From Gemmatimonadota bacterium (lineage in GTDB: Bacteria; Gemmatimonadota; Gemmatimonadetes; Gemmatimonadales; GWC2-71-9), in NCBI GenBank assembly GCA_041498715.1, contig JBGQIW010000004.1:1-58014 (forward strand): a DNA stretch of 58,014 nt, given 5' to 3'. Below the pieces are notes generated by a model. That model made no database searches. It saw only the letters and a list, made by a program, of their open reading frames with translations, and was not told the DNA's origin. Within the stretch, counting starts at the first letter, position 1. The number at the start of each line of letters is the position of its first letter. Both the position numbers and the translations under genes were made by a program. Shown in pieces: positions 23,288 through 33,769 of the stretch.

Positions 23288-23801
23288 TCAAGGCTTGAGC
23301 GCAATCCGGGCGGTGCGGTCGATCCGGTTGAGCTGCAGGGGGATGCGCTGCTCGGCCAGATACTCGTCCGTCGCCTGTCTGGCGCCCTGCCAGTGGCCGT
23401 AGTCGTCGAGGATCAGGACCCCGGCGCGCGCGAGCCGGGGGTAGAGATGTCGCAGCTCGTGACGGGTGGAGTCGTACCAGTCGGTGTCCAGCCGGAGCAG
23501 GCTGATCTGCTGCGGCGCCCTGTCCGGCAGCGTGTCCTCGACTTCCCCTTCACGAAGTGCACCCGCGCCGCGTCGTAGCCCGTGCTCAGGACCGCCTGCC
23601 GCACGTCCTCCAGCGAGGCGTAGAGCCAGCTCCGGCCGTCGGGCTGGGTTACCCGAGACGACCTGCGAGGCCGCGTCGCGACCCTTGAAGTCGACGTCCT
23701 GAGCGGTCGGGGACGGCATGCCCTCGAAGGTGTCGAAGAGGTACAAGTCGCGGGACTGGTCCCCCAGCCGCCTTGACCAACCGCTTGACGATTTGCCGCA
23801 T
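23288..23801 (-). pseudogene. TylF/MycF/NovP-type O-methyltransferase remnant
   Basis: Fragments LYLFDTFEGMP, YASLEDVRQAV...VHFVKG and VEDTLP...LLRLDTDWYDST...DDYGHWQGAR need frame changes to join. The N-terminal half is missing after MRQIVKRLVKAAG. Confidence 0.8.
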
Positions 23802-23974
23802 CGGCGATGCCCCTCCGCGAGAAGCCGGAAGCTGAGCGAGCGACGAAGCTACCCAGACCACCAAACCGGGGCAAGCACGGCCACCGACACGATAGGCCAT
23901 TACAGAGAAAAGGGTTACGCAGAACCGCCGAGCCGCTCGACACCGCGCCGCGGGTTTCCCCGGACGCAGCCCGC

Positions 23975-24002
23975 TTGACGCATCCACCCGCTTGCATAAG
24001 AT
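23975..24002 (+). promoter_or_regulatory. Sigma70 promoter of the gltB leader
   Basis: TTGACG-N16-TAAGAT; the leader ATG lies 6 nt after the -10 (leaderless). Confidence 0.65.
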
Positions 24003-24008
24003 TGCAGC

Positions 24009-24080
24009 ATGATGATTAGCGCGCTCGCCCCGGCCGCCGTCAACCTTATTCTCGCCAGCCCTCTGGGAGCGACCGGGTAG
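24009..24080 (+). CDS. Putative gltB leader peptide MMISALAPAAVNLILASPLGATG (23 aa)
   Basis: Leaderless uORF; its last codons GGGAGCGACCGGGU are complementary to ACCCGGCCCGCUCCC, which includes the terminator 5' arm. Confidence 0.65.
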   Translation: MMISALAPAAVNLILASPLGATG

Positions 24081-24103
24081 ATAGTGCATAGCTGATGGAC
24101 CCG

Positions 24104-24133
24104 GCCCGCTCCCCTGACGGAGCGGGCTTTTTT
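24104..24133 (+). terminator. Intrinsic terminator (attenuator) upstream of gltB
   Basis: 9-bp stem GCCCGCUCC/GGAGCGGGC plus UUUUUU. Confidence 0.85.
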
Positions 24134-24189
24134 GTTGCCCCGCCGCCGGCCTCTCCGGTCGGCTCGAGGGCCACTCCAACGGAGGCACC

Positions 24190-27100
24190 ATGGCCGATTC
24201 CGGGCAGCGGATCCGTCCGGCCAGTTCCCGTTCCTCGAGTCCTCACGCGGCGACTGCCGGGCCCAACCTCGATCCCTATCGCGAGCACGACGCCTGCGGC
24301 ACCGGCTTCGTCGCCCGGGCCTCGGGCGTACGTTCGCACGAGGTCGTCACGATGGCGCTCGAGGCGGTGGCCCGCGTGGCTCACCGCGGCGCGGCATCCA
24401 CCGACAACTCGGGCGACGGCGCGGGCCTGCTCACCCAGATCCCCCACCGGTTGTTCTTTCGCGACGCCTACCGGCTCGGGCTCCGGCTCCAACCCGGCCG
24501 GCCGTTCGGCGTGGGCGCGTTCTTTCTGCCGGCCGACGCCGACGGGCTCGCCCGTGCCACCGGAATCGTCGAGCAAGTCCTCGCCGCGGACGGCATCCCT
24601 TTCCTCGGCTGGCGTGACGTGCCGGTCAACGCCGCCGCCCTGGGCGCGACGGCGCGCGCCGCCTGCCCGGTGATCCGGCAGGCGTTCGTGGGCCTGCCCG
24701 CGGGCGCGGGCGACGACGAGTGCTGGGAGCGCGCGCTCTACCTGGCGCGGCGCGAGATGGAGCGACGTGCCAAGGAGGCGGGGCTGACGAATTTCTACGT
24801 CAGCTCCCTCTCCTGCCGCACCATCGTCTACAAAGCCCTTCTCGCAGGCACCCAGCTGCCGGTCTTCTACACCGACTTCCGCTATCCCGAGTACGAAGCG
24901 GCCATCGCGGTCTTCCACCAGCGCTACTCCACCAACACCCTGCCCAGCTGGCCCCTAGCACAGCCGTTCCGGCTGCTCGCCCACAATGGCGAGATCAATA
25001 CGCTCTGGGGCAACCGCAACACCATGGCGATGCGACAGCCGATGCTCGATTCACCGCTCTGGGGCAAGCGGGTGGAGCGTATCCGGGACGTGATCTGGCA
25101 GGAAGGCAGCGATTCGGCGAGCCTGGACAACGCGATGGAGCTGTTCGTGCGCTCGGGTCGCGACCCGGTGCACACCCTCATGATGATGATCCCCCAGGCG
25201 TGGGAGAAGTACCCCGACCTGCATCCCTCGATCAAGGCCTTCTACGAATACCATCAGTGCGTGCACGAGCCGTGGGACGGACCGGCGGCCGTGACGTTCA
25301 CCGACGGCATCCTGGCCGGTGCCATCGTGGACCGGAACGGGCTCCGCCCCTGCCGCTACAAAGTGCGGAGCGACGGGCTCGTGACCGCGGGCTCGGAGGT
25401 CGGCCTGGTGGATTTCGACCCGCACGAGGTGGTGGAGAGCGGCAAGGTGGGCCCGGGCGAGGTGCTGGTGGTGGACACCCGTAAGGGCGAGGTCGTCCGC
25501 AATCTCGACGCGAAGCTCGAGGTGGCCGGACGGCGACCCTACGCGCGGTGGGTGGCCCGCTATATGGCCCGGCTGGAGCCGGACCCCTCGCGCCTGCCGC
25601 CCGGCCCGGCGCCCGAGGATCTGGAGCGGACCCAGCGCGCCTTCGGCTACGGCTTCGAGGACCTCCGCTACGCGCTCGAGCCGATGGGCGCCAGCGGCGC
25701 CGACGCCGTGTGGAGCATGGGCGACGACACGCCGATCCCGCCGCTCGCGAAGCAGGCGCCGAATCTGTACGCCTATTTCCGCCAGCGCTTCGCCCAGGTC
25801 ACCAACCCGCCGATCGATTCGCTCCGCGAGTCGATGGTCATGTCGCTCCGAGTCCACCTCGGCCGGCGGGAGTCACCGCTGCTCGAGCGGCCGAGCTACG
25901 CCCGCATGCTCCGGATCGAGCACCCGATCATGCTCCCCGAAGAGATGGCCGCGCTGCACAACGTGGCCGGCTTCTCCGCCGTCACGATCGACGCGCTGTG
26001 GGATCCCGCCGTTGGCGCGGACGGACTCTTCCCGGCGCTCGTGAGCCTCCGGCGGGCCGCCGAGCGCGCGGTCCGCCGCGGAGCCCGCATCCTCGTGATC
26101 AGCGACCGGGCCGCGGGCGAGCGTCGCGCGGCCATCCCGATGCTCCTGGCTGTCGGCGCCGTCCGCCAGCACCTGGTCGAGCGCGGACTGCGGGCCCGTG
26201 TGGGTCTGGTAGCCGAGGTCGGCGACGCGCTCGACATCCATCACTTCGCCGCGCTCTTCGGCTACGGGGCCGAGGCGGTCCATCCGTGGCTCGCCCTCGC
26301 CAGTGTGGATGCGCTGTTCTCCGCGGACGTCCACGAGACCCGTCGGGACGCCGCGGACCAGACCCGGCCCACGCCGGAGGAAGCGCGCCAGCGGTTCCGG
26401 ACTGCCGCCGAAAAGGGCCTGCTCAAGATTCTATCGAAGATGGGGATCTCCACGCTGTCGTCCTACTGCGGGGCGCAGACCTTCGAGGCCCTCGGCCTCG
26501 GCGCGGAAGTCATCGACGCGTGCTTCGCCGGGACGGCGTCGCCCATCGGCGGGATCGGCTTCGAGGAGATCGCGGACGACGTCCTCGCGCACCATCGGGC
26601 TGCGTACGCGCCGGTGGCGGAGCCGGCGAGCGCCCTGCCCGACTACGGCCGGGTGCGCTTCCGGAAGGAGGGCGAGGACCATGGCTGGGCGCCGCCCATC
26701 GTGGTCGCGCTGCAGCAGGCAGTGAAGGCCGGCACCCAGGAGGCGTACGCCGCGTACCTCACGAAGAACGGGTACCGCCGGCCCGCGGGCCCGCGCGACC
26801 TGCTCGCGATCCGGGTCGGGACACCGGTCCCCATCGACGAGGTCGAGCCGGCCGAGGCCGTCCGCCGGCGGTTCATCTCCTCGGCCATGTCGCTCGGCGC
26901 GCTGTCGCCGGAGGCGCACGCCGTGCTCTCGATCGGCATGAACCGCATCGGTGCGAAATCCAACTCGGGCGAAGGCGGCGAGGATCCCGCCAATTACCGC
27001 ACGCTCGCGAACGGCGATCGCCTGGACAACCGGATCAAGCAGGTCGCGTCCGCCCGCTTCGGGGTCACGGCCGAGTATCTGGTCCGGGCGGAGGAGCTCG

Positions 27101-28803
27101 AGATCAAGATCGTGCAGGGGGCCAAGCCGGGCGAAGGCGGCCAGTTGCCGGCGCACAAGGTGACGGAGCTCATCGCGCGGCTGCGCCACGCCGTCCCCGG
27201 CATTCAGCTGATCTCGCCGCCTCCGCACCATGACATCTACTCGATCGAGGATCTCGCGCAGCTGATCCACGATCTCAAGACGGTGAACCCGGTGGCGCGG
27301 GTGGGCGTCAAGCTGGTGGCCGAGGCCGGCGTCGGCACCGTGGCCGCCGGCGTGGCAAAGGCCTACGCCGACTACGTCCTCATCGCCGGGCACAACGGGG
27401 GCACGGGCGCCTCGCCGCTGTCGTCCATCAAGCACGCGGGGTCTCCTTGGGAGCTCGGGCTGGCTGAGGCCCAGGCGACGCTGGTCCGGAACGGCCTCCG
27501 GCACCGGATCGAGGTCCGCACGGACGGCGGTCTCAAGACCGGCCGGGACGTGGTCATCGCCGCGCTGCTCGGGGCCGAGTCGTACGGGTTCGGCACGGCG
27601 GCCCTGGTCGCTATCGGCTGCGCCATGGCCCGGCAGTGTCATCTGAACACCTGCCCCACCGGCATCGCCACCCAACGGCCCGATCTCCGGACCAAGTTCA
27701 AGGGGACGGCGGAGCAGGTCATCACCTACTTCACGCTGCTCGCCGAGGAGGTGCGGGAGATCGTGGCCTCGATGGGATTCCGCTCGCTAGACGAGATCAT
27801 CGGGCGCAACGATCTACTCGAACGGGTCGAGCGGCCGGACGTGCCCCGCGCGCAGATGCTGGACCTCTCACTGTTGCTGGCCGACGGCGCGCGCGCGGGA
27901 TCGGCGACGCCCCGGCGGCGGCTCCAGGATCGCAACGACCGCCCGGGCATGACCTGCCTCGACGACGAGATTCTGCAGGAGCTCGAGCCCTATCTGGAGA
28001 GCGGCCTGCCGTTCGCGGGCAACTACGAGATCCGCAACCACCATCTCGCGGTCGGCGCCCGGGTAGCCGGCGTGATCGCGACGCGGGTCGGCGACGCCGG
28101 CCTGCCGGAGGGCAGGATCCGGCTGCGCTTCCGTGGGCCGGCGGGGCAGAGCTTCGGAGCGTTCTTGACGCCCGGCATGCACCTCGACCTCGAAGGCGAG
28201 GCGAACGACTACGTCGGGAAGGGCCTGAGCGGCGGCGAAATCACCATCCGTCCATATCGCCGGGTGGCGTACGCCGACGCGACGCACCAGCACCTCATCC
28301 TCGGCAACACGGTGCTGTACGGGGCGACCGCCGGCAAGCTCTTCGCGGCCGGTCAGGCGGGCGACCGCTTCGCCGTGCGTAACTCCGGAGCCATCGCGGT
28401 GATCGAGGGCGCCGGCAATCACTGCTGCGAATACATGACCGGGGGAATCGTCGTCGTGCTGGGGCGCGCCGGCCGGAATCTGGGCGCGGGTATGTCGAAC
28501 GGCGTGGCCTACGTGCTGGACGAAACCCGGACGCTGGACGAGCGGGTCAACGGCGACATGGTCGACCTGGTCGAGCTCGACAGCGAAGACGACGAGGTGC
28601 TCCGCCGCCTCGTGCGCGAGCACGAGGAGAAGACCACGAGCCCCCGGGCCCGCACGCTGCTCGTGGACTGGGCCCGCTTCCAGCCGCTCTTCCGCAAGGT
28701 GGCGCCGAAGGGCGCCGAGGCATTCGTGGCGGCGGCGCGCAGCGCTTACCTGCAGGGTTCATCCAGCGAGCCCGAGCCCGTGCTCGCCCGGCGGAGTGCG
28801 TAG
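24190..28803 (+). CDS. gltB: Glutamate synthase large subunit
   Basis: HDACGTG (Ntn Cys), EPWDGPA, FAQVTNPPID, SNSGEGGED, QGAKPGEGGQLP, 3Fe-4S motif CAMARQCHLNTC, GXGXG domain. Confidence 0.97.
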   Translation: MADSGQRIRPASSRSSSPHAATAGPNLDPYREHDACGTGFVARASGVRSHEVVTMALEAVARVAHRGAASTDNSGDGAGLLTQIPHRLFFRDAYRLGLRLQPGRPFGVGAFFLPADADGLARATGIVEQVLAADGIPFLGWRDVPVNAAALGATARAACPVIRQAFVGLPAGAGDDECWERALYLARREMERRAKEAGLTNFYVSSLSCRTIVYKALLAGTQLPVFYTDFRYPEYEAAIAVFHQRYSTNTLPSWPLAQPFRLLAHNGEINTLWGNRNTMAMRQPMLDSPLWGKRVERIRDVIWQEGSDSASLDNAMELFVRSGRDPVHTLMMMIPQAWEKYPDLHPSIKAFYEYHQCVHEPWDGPAAVTFTDGILAGAIVDRNGLRPCRYKVRSDGLVTAGSEVGLVDFDPHEVVESGKVGPGEVLVVDTRKGEVVRNLDAKLEVAGRRPYARWVARYMARLEPDPSRLPPGPAPEDLERTQRAFGYGFEDLRYALEPMGASGADAVWSMGDDTPIPPLAKQAPNLYAYFRQRFAQVTNPPIDSLRESMVMSLRVHLGRRESPLLERPSYARMLRIEHPIMLPEEMAALHNVAGFSAVTIDALWDPAVGADGLFPALVSLRRAAERAVRRGARILVISDRAAGERRAAIPMLLAVGAVRQHLVERGLRARVGLVAEVGDALDIHHFAALFGYGAEAVHPWLALASVDALFSADVHETRRDAADQTRPTPEEARQRFRTAAEKGLLKILSKMGISTLSSYCGAQTFEALGLGAEVIDACFAGTASPIGGIGFEEIADDVLAHHRAAYAPVAEPASALPDYGRVRFRKEGEDHGWAPPIVVALQQAVKAGTQEAYAAYLTKNGYRRPAGPRDLLAIRVGTPVPIDEVEPAEAVRRRFISSAMSLGALSPEAHAVLSIGMNRIGAKSNSGEGGEDPANYRTLANGDRLDNRIKQVASARFGVTAEYLVRAEELEIKIVQGAKPGEGGQLPAHKVTELIARLRHAVPGIQLISPPPHHDIYSIEDLAQLIHDLKTVNPVARVGVKLVAEAGVGTVAAGVAKAYADYVLIAGHNGGTGASPLSSIKHAGSPWELGLAEAQATLVRNGLRHRIEVRTDGGLKTGRDVVIAALLGAESYGFGTAALVAIGCAMARQCHLNTCPTGIATQRPDLRTKFKGTAEQVITYFTLLAEEVREIVASMGFRSLDEIIGRNDLLERVERPDVPRAQMLDLSLLLADGARAGSATPRRRLQDRNDRPGMTCLDDEILQELEPYLESGLPFAGNYEIRNHHLAVGARVAGVIATRVGDAGLPEGRIRLRFRGPAGQSFGAFLTPGMHLDLEGEANDYVGKGLSGGEITIRPYRRVAYADATHQHLILGNTVLYGATAGKLFAAGQAGDRFAVRNSGAIAVIEGAGNHCCEYMTGGIVVVLGRAGRNLGAGMSNGVAYVLDETRTLDERVNGDMVDLVELDSEDDEVLRRLVREHEEKTTSPRARTLLVDWARFQPLFRKVAPKGAEAFVAAARSAYLQGSSSEPEPVLARRSA

Positions 28804-28822
28804 CGGTTAGCTTCCGGGCGCC

Positions 28823-29458
28823 ATGGCTTGGCGCCCCCGTGTCTGCCTGCTGCTCGGAGTCCTGTTGGGCGCGGTTCCCCCGGGAGCCAGCGCCCAGCAA
28901 CCGCGTACGCTCCTCGGCTTCGAGCTTGGATACTCGCGCGCGCAATTCGAGCCGCCCGGCACGCCGAGCCAGTCCCGCGACGGCAGCCTGATCGCCGGCT
29001 TCGTCTCCCAGCACATTGCCGGTCCGCTGAGCGCACAGCTCGAGCTGATGTTCTCCCGCAAGGGCGGCGGCCTCTCGGCGGTGAGCTCGGCCGGAACCAC
29101 CCTCGGTACCGCTCAAATCATCTACGTCGAGATCCCGATGCTGGCCCGGGTGGCGCTGCCGATCGGACGGCTCCGCCCGGTGCTGCTCGGCGGCGGCTCC
29201 TTCGCGGTCTCGGTGGGGTGCGAGTTGCAGGTTCAAGGCCTCGACAACATCGAGCAGCAGCGGTGCGACGGGGCGAATGCCAACCCCTCACTGGCGGGAA
29301 CCGACTTCAACGCGATCGTGGGGGGAGGTCTCGAATACCCGTGGCGCGGCTCCTACCTCAGGCTCGAGGTCCGGCGCGTCGTCGGCTTGCACGATCTCTC
29401 CGCCGGCCAGCAGCTCAAGAACCGGGTCTGGGCCGTGGTGGCGGGCATCACCTTCTGA
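28823..29458 (+). CDS. Outer-membrane beta-barrel (PorT-like porin family) protein
   Basis: Signal peptide, FSRKGG, YVEIPML, terminal Phe (GITF). Confidence 0.7.
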   Translation: MAWRPRVCLLLGVLLGAVPPGASAQQPRTLLGFELGYSRAQFEPPGTPSQSRDGSLIAGFVSQHIAGPLSAQLELMFSRKGGGLSAVSSAGTTLGTAQIIYVEIPMLARVALPIGRLRPVLLGGGSFAVSVGCELQVQGLDNIEQQRCDGANANPSLAGTDFNAIVGGGLEYPWRGSYLRLEVRRVVGLHDLSAGQQLKNRVWAVVAGITF

Positions 29459-30068
29459 GCCCGGTCAGGGCGAATAGACCGAACCCGAGGAGCAGGAGCC
29501 CCGCCACCCCGTTGACCGCCCGCAGCGCCCGGGTGCCGAGCGCTCCCCGCAGCAGGCCCACCCCACTGCTCAGTACCGCCCACCAGAGCATCGATCCCAG
29601 AAACACTGCCGCCACCAGCGTCACACCAGCGCCAGGGCCGGCCACTCCGTTGGCCAGGCCGAGCCCGGCGAAGGCGGCGGCGAACGAGAGCATCGTCATC
29701 GGGTTGGTGACCGTGAGCAGCAGCGTCGAGCCGTAGGCGCCCCAGAGGCGGGGCGCGTCGCTGTCCGCTTCCCCCTCGCGCGCCGGGCGTGCGACCAACG
29801 TGCGGACGCCGAACCAGCAGAGGAGTACCCCGCCGCCCAGTCGAAGCAGGCCGGCATGGTCCACCAGCGGGCGGGCCGCTGCGATGAGGCCGAAGGCGGC
29901 CACCGACCCGTATGCCGCGTCGGCGGTTGCGGCACCGAGGCCCGAGACAAATCCGGCGCGCGGCCCCGCCGCCAGAGTCCGCCGGATCACCAGGACGCCG
30001 ATCGGGCCGACCGGCGCCGCGACGGCGAAGCCGAGCAGAAAGCCCCGCAGAACAAGACCCGTGTCCAT
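29448..30068 (-). CDS. LysE/RhtB family amino-acid exporter
   Basis: AAPVGPIG, GLGAATADA, TNPMT; multiple TM segments. Confidence 0.88.
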   Translation of the reverse strand: MDTGLVLRGFLLGFAVAAPVGPIGVLVIRRTLAAGPRAGFVSGLGAATADAAYGSVAAFGLIAAARPLVDHAGLLRLGGGVLLCWFGVRTLVARPAREGEADSDAPRLWGAYGSTLLLTVTNPMTMLSFAAAFAGLGLANGVAGPGAGVTLVAAVFLGSMLWWAVLSSGVGLLRGALGTRALRAVNGVAGLLLLGFGLFALTGLRR

Positions 30069-30074
30069 CCGACG

Positions 30075-30536
30075 TCACTTCCGCGTCGCTAGCGCGGGAA
30101 GGCCAATCGACTCCTTCTCCGAGCGCAGCACGACTTGGGTGCAGGTGCGTACCACGCCGGGGCCACCCTTGAGCTGCTCCGTGAGCAGGCGGTCCAGGTC
30201 CGCCGGCCCGCGGGACCGGACCTTGAGGAGGTAGTCGTCATCGCCGGTCACATGGTGACACTCCTGCACCTCCGGGAGTGCGGCGATTCGCGCGAGAAAA
30301 GCTCGGCGGTGGTGCGGCGTTTCGAGGGTCACGGACACGAAGGCGGTGAGGGGAAATCCCACCGGCGCCGGCGCCACGAGCGCAGCGAAGCCCCGGATGA
30401 CACCCTGCTCTTCCAGTTTGCGCACTCGCTCGGCGACTGCCGGTCCGGTGAGACCGACGCGCTCGCCGATACGGGCCCAGGCATCCCGGCCATCGCGCAT
30501 GAGCAGGGTGAGGATCGTCGCATCGACTGTATCCAT
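30075..30536 (-). CDS. Lrp/AsnC family transcriptional regulator (probably leaderless)
   Basis: HTH (VAERVRKLEEQGVI), ECHHVTGDDDYLLKV; TAGTAT lies 6 nt upstream of the ATG. Confidence 0.9.
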   Translation of the reverse strand: MDTVDATILTLLMRDGRDAWARIGERVGLTGPAVAERVRKLEEQGVIRGFAALVAPAPVGFPLTAFVSVTLETPHHRRAFLARIAALPEVQECHHVTGDDDYLLKVRSRGPADLDRLLTEQLKGGPGVVRTCTQVVLRSEKESIGLPALATRK

Positions 30537-30685
30537 GACGACATACTAACGTTTCGTTCGTACAGCGCAATGTCGACACACTAATCGATGGCATTGGCCA
30601 GATTGCGGCGCTGAATTGCGGCCGCTGCCCGGGATGGCTCACCGACCCCGGTCGGCCACCCACTTGCGCGGATGCGTACTGATAC

Positions 30686-30715
30686 CGATACTTGCTAGCC
30701 AACAAGCAAGTATCG
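30686..30715. promoter_or_regulatory. Probable TetR operator
   Basis: Perfect 11-bp inverted repeat CGATACTTGCT-N8-AGCAAGTATCG about 27 nt upstream of the TetR gene. Confidence 0.7.
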
Positions 30716-30742
30716 CTGGCCCACCTCGATCCAACCGACGCG

Positions 30743-31417
30743 ATGACCTCACCCGAGCGCGAGCGCAATGCCTCCCGCACCCGCGAAGCGATCCTCGACG
30801 CGGCCGAACGGCTGTTCGCAGAGCAGGGGTATGAAGCCACCAGTCTGAGCCAGGTCGGCCACCTCGCCGGCGTTTCCCGGGCAACCCCGGGATACTTCTA
30901 CGGCTCCAAGCCCGAGCTTTACCGCGCGGTGCTCGACCGCTGCTTCGGCGAGGTGCTCCAGGCTGTTCAGGCCGGACGGGAACGAGCGTTGGCGAGCGGC
31001 GAATCCGCCGAGGTCGTGCTGGAAGGCGCGGTCTCCGACTACTTCGACTTCCTCGCGGCCAGGCCGAATTTCGTGCGCCTGCTCGAGCGGGAGGCGCTCG
31101 CTGGTCCGGGGCTCCTTCCCGAGGCGGCGGTCGAGCTGCGGGCAGGCCGCGAAGCTCTGGCCGCGCTCGCCGGCGAATTGGGCCTCGATCCCACCCCCTC
31201 GGGTGACGCCGCTCAGCTCCTCCTCAGCATCATCGCCCTCTGCTGGTTCCCCCTGGTGCACGGGGGCACCGTGGCCCCGGCCGTCGGGGTGGACCTCAGC
31301 GGACCGACGGCGCTCGCCCAGCGCAAGCGGCACGTGATCGACCTCGTCCTCTACGGAGCGCTCGGCCGGCCGGCCGCGGCTCCGACGATGCAACCTTCAG
31401 CCGGTGATGCACGATGA
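30743..31417 (+). CDS. TetR/AcrR family transcriptional regulator
   Basis: [21 protein letters not shown]...[10 protein letters not shown]. Confidence 0.9.
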   Translation: MTSPERERNASRTREAILDAAERLFAEQGYEATSLSQVGHLAGVSRATPGYFYGSKPELYRAVLDRCFGEVLQAVQAGRERALASGESAEVVLEGAVSDYFDFLAARPNFVRLLEREALAGPGLLPEAAVELRAGREALAALAGELGLDPTPSGDAAQLLLSIIALCWFPLVHGGTVAPAVGVDLSGPTALAQRKRHVIDLVLYGALGRPAAAPTMQPSAGDAR

Positions 31418-33303
31418 CCCATGTCGTCTCCCCTCCGGACTTCGAATCAGGGCGGACTCCGCCGCCGCTCGCCACCGAGCAGGAGGCCCGGGAGGTGGCC
31501 GAAGCCGCCCGGGAGAAGGAGTGGCAGGCGCCGAGCTTCGTACGCGAGCTGTTCGAGGGCGCGTTCCGGCTCGAGCTGGTGCATCCGTACCCGGAGCTCG
31601 ATCCGCGCGAAGTCGCAAAGGCGCGGCCGTTTCTCGAACGACTCGAGCGGTTCCTGCGCGAGCGGGTGGACAGCGACCGGATCGACCGGGAGGGGAAGAT
31701 CCCGGCCGACGTCATTGACGGTCTGCGCGAGCTGGGTGCCTTCGGCATCAAGATCCCGGAGGAGTACGGCGGTCTCGGCCTGAGCCAGACCAGCTACACC
31801 CATGCGATCGGCCTCGTCACCAGCCAGGACGGCAATCTGACGGCGCTGCTGTCGGCGGCGCAGTCGATCGGGGTGCCCCAGCCGCTCAAGCTCTTCGGGA
31901 CGCCGGAGCAGAAGAAGAAGTACCTGCCCCGCCTGGCGAAGGGGGCGATCTCGGCCTTCGCGCTGACCGAGCCCAACGTCGGCTCCGACCCGGCGGCGAT
32001 GACGACCACGGCCGAGCTCTCCGCCGATGGCACCCACTACGTGCTCAACGGCGAGAAGCTCTGGTGCACCAATGGGACGATCGCGGAGCTGATGGTCGTA
32101 ATGGCGCGCACGGGACCCAAGCGGATCAGCGCCTTCATCGTGGAGACCGATTGGCCGGGGGTCGAAGTGGTCCAGCGGCTCCATTTCATGGGGCTCAAGG
32201 CCCTGGAGAACGGCATCATCCGGTTCACCAACGTCCGGGTCCCGCGGGAGAACGTGCTCTGGGGCGAGGGCAAGGGACTCAAGCTGGCGCTGGTCACGCT
32301 CAACACCGGCCGCCTCACACTGCCGGCCTCCTGCGTCGCCGCATCGAAGCGCTGCCTGGAAATCGCCCGCAAGTGGGCAGCGGAACGGGTGCAGTGGGGT
32401 CAGCCGATCGGCAGGCACGACGCCATCGCCCAAAAACTGGGCCGGATGGCCGCGGAGACCTTCGCCATGGAAGCGGTGTCGGACCTGGCGTCGCTCATGG
32501 CCGACCGGGGCAACGCGGACATTCGGCTCGAGGCCGCCATGGCCAAGCTGTGGAACACGGAGACCGCCTGGCGCCTGGTGGACGACACGCTCCAGATCAA
32601 GGGCGGCCGCGGCTACGAGACCGCCGACAGCCTCCGCAGCCGGGGCGAGCGTCCCGATCCGATCGAGCGGATGATGCGGGACATGCGCATCAACCTGATC
32701 TTCGAGGGCTCGAGCGAGATCATGCGTCTCTTCATCGCCCGGGAGGCGGTGGACACGCACCTGAAGGTGGCGGGCGATCTGATCGACCCGAAGACCTCCG
32801 CCGGCCGCAAGCTCGCCGCGCTGGGCCGCGCGGCGCTGTTCTACGGTACCTGGTACCCGCGCCTCTACCTCGGCTGGGGCCGCTGGCCTCGCTACGGCGA
32901 GTTCGGGCCGCTGGCCACGCACCTCCGGTTCGTGAGCCGTACGTCGCGGAAGCTGGCGCGGACACTCTTCCACTGCATGGTGCGCTTCGGCCCTCGGTTG
33001 GAGAAGCGGCAGACGGTTTTGGGACGGTTGGTCGAGATCGGCGCGGAGCTGCTCGCCATCACGGCGACCTGCTCCCGCGCCCATGCGATGGCGCGGGCAG
33101 GCAGCCCGGCGGGCCGCCAGGTCGGCGACGGCGCCGTGGAGTTGGCGGACGTCTTCAGCCGTCAGGCCCGGCGGCGGGTGCAGGAGAAGTTCCGGGCGGT
33201 GTTCCGGAACGACGACGCCGCGACGTACGCCGCGGCGCAGCACGTCCTCCGGGGCGAATACGAGTGGCTGGAGCAGGGCACGGTGGGGAACCTGGGACGA
33301 TAG
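31414..33303 (+). CDS. Acyl-CoA dehydrogenase (VLCAD/ACAD9-like)
   Basis: [45 protein letters not shown]; ATGA overlap with the TetR gene. Confidence 0.92.
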   Translation: MTHVVSPPDFESGRTPPPLATEQEAREVAEAAREKEWQAPSFVRELFEGAFRLELVHPYPELDPREVAKARPFLERLERFLRERVDSDRIDREGKIPADVIDGLRELGAFGIKIPEEYGGLGLSQTSYTHAIGLVTSQDGNLTALLSAAQSIGVPQPLKLFGTPEQKKKYLPRLAKGAISAFALTEPNVGSDPAAMTTTAELSADGTHYVLNGEKLWCTNGTIAELMVVMARTGPKRISAFIVETDWPGVEVVQRLHFMGLKALENGIIRFTNVRVPRENVLWGEGKGLKLALVTLNTGRLTLPASCVAASKRCLEIARKWAAERVQWGQPIGRHDAIAQKLGRMAAETFAMEAVSDLASLMADRGNADIRLEAAMAKLWNTETAWRLVDDTLQIKGGRGYETADSLRSRGERPDPIERMMRDMRINLIFEGSSEIMRLFIAREAVDTHLKVAGDLIDPKTSAGRKLAALGRAALFYGTWYPRLYLGWGRWPRYGEFGPLATHLRFVSRTSRKLARTLFHCMVRFGPRLEKRQTVLGRLVEIGAELLAITATCSRAHAMARAGSPAGRQVGDGAVELADVFSRQARRRVQEKFRAVFRNDDAATYAAAQHVLRGEYEWLEQGTVGNLGR

Positions 33304-33348
33304 CCAGCCCCCATTTACATTGCCGGAGTACCCCAGCGGAGTCCGCCG

Positions 33349-33738
33349 ATGGCTATCGCCGAAGGCCGCACTGTTCCGTTTACCGGCCCCGAGGCCATCG
33401 AGGCGGCCGTCCTCGAGACCTTCCCGTACGAGGGTCCCGAGCAGGAAATCGTCAGTGAGACCCGGGAGTTCAGCGCCGTCTGTCCGTACAGCGGGCTCCC
33501 GGACTTCGCCACGCTCACGATCCGGTACGTTCCCTCTGACCGGTGCGTCGAGCTCAAGAGCCTCAAGTACTACGTCGTCAGCTTCCGCAACGTCGGGATC
33601 TTCCAGGAGCACGCCACGGCCCGGATCGCGGAGGATCTGTTCCGCCTGCTCCAGCCCCACCGGCTGACTGTCACAACCCGGTACAACGTTCGAGGCGGCT
33701 TCGAGACGACCTGCACGGTCGCCTTGCCGCGCGGCTGA
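33349..33738 (+). CDS. queF: PreQ0 reductase QueF (short type)
   Basis: EFSAVCPYSGLPDFA, VELKSLKYY, RGG. Confidence 0.9.
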   Translation: MAIAEGRTVPFTGPEAIEAAVLETFPYEGPEQEIVSETREFSAVCPYSGLPDFATLTIRYVPSDRCVELKSLKYYVVSFRNVGIFQEHATARIAEDLFRLLQPHRLTVTTRYNVRGGFETTCTVALPRG

Positions 33739-33769
33739 GTCGGGCGTTTGCCGCACGAGCCGAGCTGCG

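Noticed and set aside
33304-33348. preQ1 riboswitch before queF or queC
   Set aside because: The intergenic gaps are very short and show no preQ1 stem or A-rich tail; queC looks leaderless.
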